A stretch of 52,178 nt of DNA from a virus (lineage: Duplodnaviria; Caudoviricetes), in the IMG/VR virus record IMGVR_UViG_3300034091_000652, positions 1-52,178 of that record, one strand, 5' to 3'. The stretch's first letter is position 1; every line of letters starts with the position of its first letter. Shown piece by piece: positions 46,290-52,178 of this stretch. The notes beneath the pieces were generated by a model. The model did no database searches. It had not been told where the DNA came from and saw only the letters and a list, made by a program, of their open reading frames with translations. A program made the translations under genes and the position numbers.

Positions 46290-47261
46290 TTAACCAATAA
46301 AAGCGGGCCGGAATCCAAGAGCGTCGCTCGCAATCGAGCGCCCATCGTACAAGCGCAGCGCAGCCACGCCGGCGTTGTCACCGCTGTACCAGCCGCCGCC
46401 ACGGATCGGCAGAGCTTCAAAGCCTTCATTATTGTCGGCCCAGAAATAACCGTCAGGGATGAAGCCGGCGAGAGGGGAAAGAAGTGCTTGCTTGAGGGCA
46501 ACCGGAGGTTCATATCCTTCTTTCACGGTAACATCCTTGAAGTATCTACCGGTCCATGTTCTGTTGGTTATAACGTCAGATATCTGGACTCCATTGGCAA
46601 GGTCGATGATCGAGCCAATATCTGGCCACTGATTCTCTGGCAGGCTGAAGTCATTATCCGTCGGCATGATTATTTTGCCATTGCAAAGCTTCAGCCCATC
46701 GTTCCACTCCCAAACGTTTCCAACCAAGTCGGCAATGCCGAAGGGTGTTCCATCATGACGCCATGAAGCCGGGCCAGATCCAGTGAGGGTTCTTCCATAT
46801 TTACTGATAGTTCCTTTCTCTTTAGTGTGACTATGAGATTTCCCGCTTTCGGTGTTACCCCGCGGATAACCGAGGGCATATTTTTGGCTCCAAAGAGCAA
46901 CAGCCGCCCATTCCCAGTTTGTCATTAGATGAAATCCGGTTCCTGCTGCGGAGCATGCCGATCTTGCTGCATCGAAGTTAATGCAGTTTTCAGGGTCCTG
47001 ATTAGGAACCGAAACTGCTTCACCGTCCCGAATCACAGCCTGGTAAGTCCCGATGAGGATCTCGCCTTTCTTTATGCCACCGACCACGAATGCCGGATGG
47101 AGACCTGTGCCGAGTTCGGGGCTGATATCCTCGAGATTGAAAGCGGGAATAATGTTGAAATAGGATGCTTGTCCTTTTGAGGTCCTGAGGATGGTTTGTC
47201 TTCCCTCGGAATCTGATTCAACCTGTTTGCAGAGGTCATCTTGAATAATGATTTCAGTCAT
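46290..47261 (-). CDS. DGR target protein, FGE-sulfatase/C-type lectin fold
   Basis: HLMTNWEWAA, DLVGNVWEW, RGGGW...GFRPA C terminus carrying the VR; AGGAG RBS. Confidence 0.92.
   Translation of the reverse strand: MTEIIIQDDLCKQVESDSEGRQTILRTSKGQASYFNIIPAFNLEDISPELGTGLHPAFVVGGIKKGEILIGTYQAVIRDGEAVSVPNQDPENCINFDAARSACSAAGTGFHLMTNWEWAAVALWSQKYALGYPRGNTESGKSHSHTKEKGTISKYGRTLTGSGPASWRHDGTPFGIADLVGNVWEWNDGLKLCNGKIIMPTDNDFSLPENQWPDIGSIIDLANGVQISDVITNRTWTGRYFKDVTVKEGYEPPVALKQALLSPLAGFIPDGYFWADNNEGFEALPIRGGGWYSGDNAGVAALRLYDGRSIASDALGFRPAFIG
46302..46413 (-). repeat. DGR variable repeat (VR)
   Basis: Encodes LPIRGGGWYSGDNAGVAALRLYDGRSIASDALGFRPA; TR encodes LPIRGGGWNNGDNAGVAALNLNYERSNANNDLGFRPA. Confidence 0.95.
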
Positions 47262-47324
47262 GTTTCCATTTCTCCTTTTTGTTGTGGCCGGATCCGGCCG
47301 GGTTGGGATAGACAATTCCCTTAA

Positions 47325-47507
47325 CTATTTTGTTTGGTTTCTTTTTCTTTCCTGGCAGAGTGAACATTCACAATCTTTTGGGTGGACGCCACCGTGTTGG
47401 CCAGGTTTGAATCTCTCTCTGTAGGGGATATTGTCGTATCGTTTAATTTGCTTTGGACTTTTCCCAATTCCACGGATGTCAGGATATTTAACTTTGTTGT
47501 CTTTCAT
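47325..47507 (-). CDS. Small hypothetical protein
   Basis: Overlapping small-ORF chain; HPKDCECSLC motif. Confidence 0.5.
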   Translation of the reverse strand: MKDNKVKYPDIRGIGKSPKQIKRYDNIPYRERFKPGQHGGVHPKDCECSLCQERKRNQTK

Positions 47508-47701
47508 CTCAACTTGATCTCCAGCTCGGCAAGTTTAGGCAAGAGGTCCTCTGCTACGCCTGAGCAAAGTCTCCGTAGTGTCATAAGGCGCCCTCTGATC
47601 AGATATCTCATCTCTGTTGTGTTCCCTCCGATGGAATAGCAACGAAATGAAAGCTTTATGGATTCAAACTCATCTTGAAGTGAAATTGTTGTCGGGGTCA
47701 T
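47504..47701 (-). CDS. Small hypothetical protein
   Basis: GGAGGAG RBS; ATGA overlaps. Confidence 0.5.
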   Translation of the reverse strand: MTPTTISLQDEFESIKLSFRCYSIGGNTTEMRYLIRGRLMTLRRLCSGVAEDLLPKLAELEIKLR

Positions 47702-47901
47702 TGCTCCTCCCGGGCGAGATCTTGTTTCGCTAAATATTTTGCTTGCGCCTTCATATCACCCGAATCGAAATCCCACTTCTGTTTCTTCTCTGTATCTGTC
47801 TCATAAAACGCCAGAGCGTAGAAACAGCCAACGATGATTATGACAATGATTGTAAATATGATGTCTTTTTTATGTCGGTTCATGAAAGTCTGCCTCCTCA
47901 A
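47698..47901 (-). CDS. Small single-TM protein
   Basis: IIFTIIVIIIVGCFYALAFY; start is probably MNRHK. Confidence 0.55.
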   Translation of the reverse strand: MRRQTFMNRHKKDIIFTIIVIIIVGCFYALAFYETDTEKKQKWDFDSGDMKAQAKYLAKQDLAREEQ

Positions 47902-48103
47902 AATCGCGTGGCAACGAGCTATTTCTGAGTAGGTCGCTCTTGCATCCCCAGAAGCATCTCCATTCCTTCACGCATTCCTGGCATGGGATTTTCTCCAATG
48001 GCTTTCCCTCCCATCTCTCCCGCCATTCCGCAATGAACATTCCTGCAACCATTCCGAGGATGAATGCCGCGGCCGCAAGCTCCTGGACGGCGATCAAATT
48101 CAT
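47870..48103 (-). CDS. Small single-TM protein with Cys cluster
   Basis: AGGAGG RBS; hydrophobic N terminus; CQEC...C...C. Confidence 0.55.
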   Translation of the reverse strand: MNLIAVQELAAAAFILGMVAGMFIAEWRERWEGKPLEKIPCQECVKEWRCFWGCKSDLLRNSSLPRDFEEADFHEPT

Positions 48104-48147
48104 ATATTTTCCCTCCTTTCTCTTTCAAATTCATTCCTTTGGAATGG

Positions 48148-48879
48148 CTACGCAATCACGGAAACAAGTTCGGCCAATCTTGTCAGACCCTTTGGTGTCA
48201 CGAGAACCCGCTCGGTGACTTTCTTGCTTCCATCAGTGCGATCTATGGTTGTGATTTTGTGCTCGAGGACCTGCTGCTGAAGGCGGTCCTGATAAGCCAC
48301 CCACCGTCTCCCATCTGAGCGCTTGTAAATCCATCTATTTTTCGAAAGGAGGGAAAATAATTCTTGAGGCTTAACCTGGAGGGTTTTTGCTGCATCTGTA
48401 ATGCACATGGAGCCGCTAGCCTGGGAGATCCGATCAAGAGCTTCTGCCTTGGGCTGGATGTAGCCGATCAGTTTATCGCGTTCCACCACTTTATCGGCGT
48501 AAGAGAGTAAAAGAGTCCGCATGGCAGCGGGATCTTCAAGGGCTGCAAGAGGATTCTTAGCGCGGCGCTCGCATTCGATGAAATAGAGGCGCGCTTGTTT
48601 GCCCTTTTCATTTCGCTCGACCATGGAGAGCTCTTTCGCCATGTCGAGGGTGAGAAAATATTCCGTTAATGGCTTTATCGACCCATTCACATTTTTGTGA
48701 AATTGGATAAAATCAACATCTTGGACAAAATCATAAAGCTCAATTCGCTCTTTTATCCAATCCGCAAATTGACGTTTACTCCCGAGGAATTCATACAGAT
48801 CTCTTGCGTTAACAGTCTGGACTGTTTCGCTGCCGACAACTTTCTCGTTGACTCTGACGAGCTCTTGCATTACAATCAC
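48148..48879 (-). CDS. Phage antirepressor (AntA/AntB N-domain + ANT/KilAC C-domain)
   Basis: VNARDLYEFL..KRQFADWIK, LDMAKELSMVERNEKGKQARLYFIECE, PKAEALD, AAKTL, LVTPKG. Confidence 0.92.
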   Translation of the reverse strand: MIVMQELVRVNEKVVGSETVQTVNARDLYEFLGSKRQFADWIKERIELYDFVQDVDFIQFHKNVNGSIKPLTEYFLTLDMAKELSMVERNEKGKQARLYFIECERRAKNPLAALEDPAAMRTLLLSYADKVVERDKLIGYIQPKAEALDRISQASGSMCITDAAKTLQVKPQELFSLLSKNRWIYKRSDGRRWVAYQDRLQQQVLEHKITTIDRTDGSKKVTERVLVTPKGLTRLAELVSVIA

Positions 48880-48894
48880 CTCGATTCATAGTTT

Positions 48895-48927
48895 TGCCCC
48901 GTGTTTCCAGGCACGGGGTTTTCTTTT
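48895..48927. terminator. Hairpin / possible terminator
   Basis: CCCCGTG-loop-CACGGGG followed by TTTTCTTTT. Confidence 0.45.
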
Positions 48928-48953
48928 AGAAAACGCTCATTCCATAGGAATGA

Positions 48954-49166
48954 TTATTTCGGCAAAATTTTAGCCTTGACCTTCCATTTGACGCCTTCCT
49001 TATAATAGCGATCCATCCCGGCATTCGTGACATAGCGACGTTTGCCGACCTTGACGCTTTCGATGTCTCCCCTCAGGCATAAGAGGCGCAGCGTTGATAA
49101 CTTGACATCGTATTTCTCAGCTGCAGTCTCAAGCGTCATGGTTTCTTTACTTCCCATCTGCATCAC
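48954..49166 (-). CDS. Excisionase-like HTH DNA-binding protein
   Basis: MTLETAAEKYDVKLSTLRLLCLRGDIESVKVGKRRYV (HTH_17/MerR-like pattern). Confidence 0.75.
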   Translation of the reverse strand: MMQMGSKETMTLETAAEKYDVKLSTLRLLCLRGDIESVKVGKRRYVTNAGMDRYYKEGVKWKVKAKILPK

Positions 49167-49347
49167 CTCCCCGATCGTTAATCATTTCTTCCAAAACCTC
49201 GGCTGATTCTAAAAACTGCCTTGCTGCTTCACGGAATGATTCGTGTTTCTTGCCATGTAGATCAAGCTGACCTACCATCTCGATTAAATTCATTCCCACT
49301 GTTTGGATTTGTTCGCTAACATCCACGCATTCCTCCTCCCACTTCAT
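49147..49347 (-). CDS. Hypothetical protein, first gene of the leftward operon
   Basis: Small acidic ORF overlapping the xis-like gene. Confidence 0.5.
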   Translation of the reverse strand: MKWEEECVDVSEQIQTVGMNLIEMVGQLDLHGKKHESFREAARQFLESAEVLEEMINDRGGDADGK

Positions 49348-49391
49348 ACATCAAAATAATTATTTTTACTTCCTCTTATTACGTGTTATGA

Positions 49392-49421
49392 TGTTTACCA
49401 CAATCGCTAAAATTATGTCAA
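49392..49421 (-). promoter_or_regulatory. Candidate sigma70 promoter for the lytic (leftward) operon
   Basis: TTGACA at 49421-49416 followed by TG-G-TAAACA, a weak extended -10. Confidence 0.45.
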
Positions 49422-49541
49422 ATAAAAATTTATCGGAATGCTTAATTATTTTCAAAAAAGTTAAATATATTTGAAATGATTGAGGTTAGTTTATCATTAA
49501 TGCCTATATCTAAAATTTCAAAAAAACGTAAAATGACTTGC

Positions 49542-50144
49542 ATGTCTTTACCAGAAGATATCAAAGCATTAATGGGCAAGAATCTGAAGCGAATCCGTTT
49601 GGCCCATGGGCTGAAACAAAATAAGCTTGCAGAGATGATCAATTCCGATTCCTCAACGCTTTCATCTATTGAAACAGGCAAAAAAGGGCTGGGAAAGGAT
49701 CTGCAGTCTCGCCTTTGCCGCGCTCTTAAGATTCAAGCATCTGAATTTACCCGACACCTTGATGATCTTCCGCTTGGGCCTCTTCCTCCTGGTAAGATTG
49801 CAGTTATCTCAATGGGTAAAGAAGGTAACGGACATAGCTTATATTATATTGATAAACCTTATGATGTGAATGATGAAAATGCATATGGCCTTGAGGTTCG
49901 TGGCTCAGGGATGAATCCGCGTTATGAAGAGGGAGAAATAGTGATTGCTTCTCCTGAAAAGCCAGTAACAAATGGCGATTATGTAATCGTACAATTAACA
50001 TCGGGTGAAAGACTGGTGAAGAAAATTAAATTCAGAGAAGGTTTAATAATCTTGACCAGCGTTAATCCTGCGATTGAAGCATGGATTTGTAGGCCTGAAG
50101 AAATTCTTTCCTACGATAAGATTGTTTGGAAAAAAGAGAAATAA
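49542..50144 (+). CDS. CI-like repressor (XRE HTH + S24 autopeptidase)
   Basis: NLKRIR...LKQNKLAEMI...LSSIETGK HTH; VRGSGMNPRY Ser and LVKK Lys dyad; start uncertain. Confidence 0.92.
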   Translation: MSLPEDIKALMGKNLKRIRLAHGLKQNKLAEMINSDSSTLSSIETGKKGLGKDLQSRLCRALKIQASEFTRHLDDLPLGPLPPGKIAVISMGKEGNGHSLYYIDKPYDVNDENAYGLEVRGSGMNPRYEEGEIVIASPEKPVTNGDYVIVQLTSGERLVKKIKFREGLIILTSVNPAIEAWICRPEEILSYDKIVWKKEK

Positions 50145-50174
50145 GGAAAATCCTTATTTTTATAAAAATAATCA

Positions 50175-50202
50175 TTGACAATATCTAACAACTTGATATA
50201 TT
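50175..50202 (+). promoter_or_regulatory. Candidate sigma70 promoter
   Basis: TTGACA-N16-TATATT upstream of 50228, overlapped by an imperfect ACAATAT...ATATTGT inverted repeat. Confidence 0.5.
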
Positions 50203-50227
50203 GTGACCCTACGCACATTAACTTGGA

Positions 50228-50617
50228 ATGAATTATCATTCAAAAAGGGGGTACAGAATGTTAAGTGAAATACTCGCGAGCGCATTCCGAAAAAGCGCTT
50301 ATACGGACGTCACAGATTGGAAAAATTCCACAAAATGCCCTCTTGCGACTGAAACCGTGAGCAAGGTAATTCATCGGGGGAAAGAACCCAGCATCCCCAC
50401 TTTCATCGTTATGGCATATTATTTGGGGATGACTCCAACGGAGATCGCCATGTCTTGCAAGGAATCCAAGGAAGAAATCTATTGCCCAGTCTTTAGCAAA
50501 CTGATCATGCCGCTCGACCTGGATGTGGATGATAAGAATGCAATTGGCGCTATAAAGAAATTGAGCGCTGAAAAGAAAAAACTTGCCCTTGAACTTATCG
50601 ACCAGCTGGGAAAATAA
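50228..50617 (+). CDS. Putative XRE-like HTH regulator
   Basis: ATETVSKVIHRGKEPSIPTFIVMAYYLGM resembles an XRE recognition helix region. Confidence 0.55.
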   Translation: MNYHSKRGYRMLSEILASAFRKSAYTDVTDWKNSTKCPLATETVSKVIHRGKEPSIPTFIVMAYYLGMTPTEIAMSCKESKEEIYCPVFSKLIMPLDLDVDDKNAIGAIKKLSAEKKKLALELIDQLGK

Positions 50618-50630
50618 AGGGAGATGAAAT

Positions 50631-50843
50631 ATGAGACCTACAACACTTTCACCCGGCGATTTTGTGAGGATGGATGGAAAAAGGAACATCTTGAAGTTCG
50701 TTCGAAGGGAATTTCGAAATAGTTCTTCAGGCGCGCTGAATATTTTCATTTGCGAAGAATGGGAAGGCTTGAATGGACCCGACGATAAAGGCGAATGCGT
50801 AATCAGCGATTATGACGTTTCGCGGAAGTGTTCAAGGGTGTAA
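50631..50843 (+). CDS. Small hypothetical protein
   Basis: AAGGAG RBS; 70 aa. Confidence 0.6.
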   Translation: MRPTTLSPGDFVRMDGKRNILKFVRREFRNSSSGALNIFICEEWEGLNGPDDKGECVISDYDVSRKCSRV

Positions 50844-50845
50844 CC

Positions 50846-52006
50846 ATGGCCGATGAGAAGTCAATATTTAAATATTTGATCTGCTCTAAATGTGGATATA
50901 AGAAGCGAGATCCTTCTGGAAAAGGGGAAGGTCTTTGCATCCATGATCAATCTGCCCTTTACCTTTCTGAAAATTGGTGGGTCCGGGTTACCCATAAAGG
51001 CAAAACTACGAACAGACCTGTTTCACCAAGAAAGCGAGATGCCCAGGATTATTTGGCTTCCTGCAAGGTAGCTCTTCTAAAAGGTGATTTGCTCCCTGGG
51101 GAGGAAAAGGATATTACCTGGGAAGATGCTAAGTCAAATACGGAGAGATGGTGGCAGGATGCAGTTACCCGTAAGGAGATCAAGCAGAGTACGGCTGATT
51201 ATTACAAATGGCAGATTGTAGCCTTGGATGCTTTCTTCTCCGAGAAATCCCTCCTTATGATTAGCAAAGGTGATGTCCTGGATTACCAGACATTCCGATC
51301 AAAGATGGATATTGCTTCGGAGACAATTAATCATGAGACAAAAGCTCTGAAACGAATATATGCGATGCATGTCGCACGCACAAGCTCCGAGGATGCCCCC
51401 AAACTTTGCATGAAGGCCCAGGACATAGGAAGGGTTGCGCTCCTCCCCAAAAGTGGCCAGAAGGTACGATTCCTGACGAAAGAAGAAATTAAAATGTTGC
51501 TCGAAGCATCCACGACTCCCGCTGTCCGGATGGCTGCGCTTATCGGCCTTAATACTGCACTGAGAAAGTCAAATATCCTCTCCCTCACTTGGCAGCAGGT
51601 CCGTTTATCAAAAAGACTTATAAGTTTGCCAGCCAGCGAAATGAAGAACAATGAACCTCACATTGTTGATATCCCCGAGCACCTCGTACCGATCCTGAAG
51701 GAATGGAGAGGCAGCAACAAATTGTCCAAGGTTCTTTTCCCAGATGATGAGAAATGCAATAGTTTTCGTACCGAATGGGAAAAGACGATCGAGGCCTGCG
51801 GATTTCATGATGTGACATTTCACACCTTGCGTCATACATTCGCCAGCCAGTTCCTTATGAATGGTGGCGACCTCTCTACTCTCTCAGAAATGCTAGGCCA
51901 TAGCTCCATTCAAATCACAAAAGATATTTATGGTCACCTTTCCCGGGATCACAAAAGAAAAGCTGTCGACCAATTCGCGGCATCCTTCCTTGAGGGACTA
52001 GGATAA
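50846..52006 (+). CDS. int: Tyrosine recombinase / phage integrase
   Basis: TALRKSNI (R), MKN (K), FHTLRH (HxxR), LGH, IYGH (Y). Confidence 0.95.
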   Translation: MADEKSIFKYLICSKCGYKKRDPSGKGEGLCIHDQSALYLSENWWVRVTHKGKTTNRPVSPRKRDAQDYLASCKVALLKGDLLPGEEKDITWEDAKSNTERWWQDAVTRKEIKQSTADYYKWQIVALDAFFSEKSLLMISKGDVLDYQTFRSKMDIASETINHETKALKRIYAMHVARTSSEDAPKLCMKAQDIGRVALLPKSGQKVRFLTKEEIKMLLEASTTPAVRMAALIGLNTALRKSNILSLTWQQVRLSKRLISLPASEMKNNEPHIVDIPEHLVPILKEWRGSNKLSKVLFPDDEKCNSFRTEWEKTIEACGFHDVTFHTLRHTFASQFLMNGGDLSTLSEMLGHSSIQITKDIYGHLSRDHKRKAVDQFAASFLEGLG

Positions 52007-52028
52007 TTGGAAGTCTGGAGGGGAATCA

Positions 52029-52178
52029 ATGGAATCATATGGGAAGATGTGGATAGTTCTCGCTAAAGATAGCTTGATAATCATTTTTGATTGGCATACT
52101 TGGGCAATACTCTGTATGGCTGGGATAATAGCATTCTCCCTTTCATGTTTGACCAAAGACGTCCATGGTAAATATTAA
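52029..52178 (+). CDS. Small membrane protein (49 aa)
   Basis: GGAGG RBS; MESYGKMWIV...AILCMAGIIAFSLSCL...KY*, ending exactly at the window end. Confidence 0.55.
   Translation: MESYGKMWIVLAKDSLIIIFDWHTWAILCMAGIIAFSLSCLTKDVHGKY

Larger units (their letters stand above)
44450..47261 (-). mobile_element. Diversity-generating retroelement (target-VR, avd, TR, RT)
   Basis: All four components are present in BPP-1-like order, with adenine-biased TR/VR mismatches. Confidence 0.96.

Overview
The window is an apparently complete ~52 kb temperate siphophage genome: HK97-type head genes, a lambda-type tail (G/T frameshift, H, M, L, K, I, J), CI-like repressor and tyrosine integrase on the + strand, and almost everything else in one long minus-strand run. 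A 45-bp 3' fragment of tRNA-Pro(GGG) at 320-364 has paired TTGGTACC repeats on both sides, which looks like an intact attP (excised or circularly permuted form). Accessory content is rich. (1) A two-domain glycosyltransferase, whose first domain has ppGalNAc-T-like DSH and GGE motifs, follows three tail genes with mucin-like Thr/Ser tracts, suggesting virion O-glycosylation. (2) A complete diversity-generating retroelement (target-avd-TR-RT; 10 of 11 TR/VR mismatches at TR adenines) has its CLec-fold target in the early region rather than the tail. (3) A PRTRC-like ParB/E2/E1(ThiF)/ubiquitin-like cassette has no dedicated JAB gene. (4) A bacterioferritin sits between the portal and prohead protease genes. 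Also present: a class 3-type Ala1 intein in the terminase P-loop, a lipase in the lysis cassette, and an (AG)14 tract that appears to frameshift a gene. Family assignments come from motif recognition and synteny only; no database searches were run.
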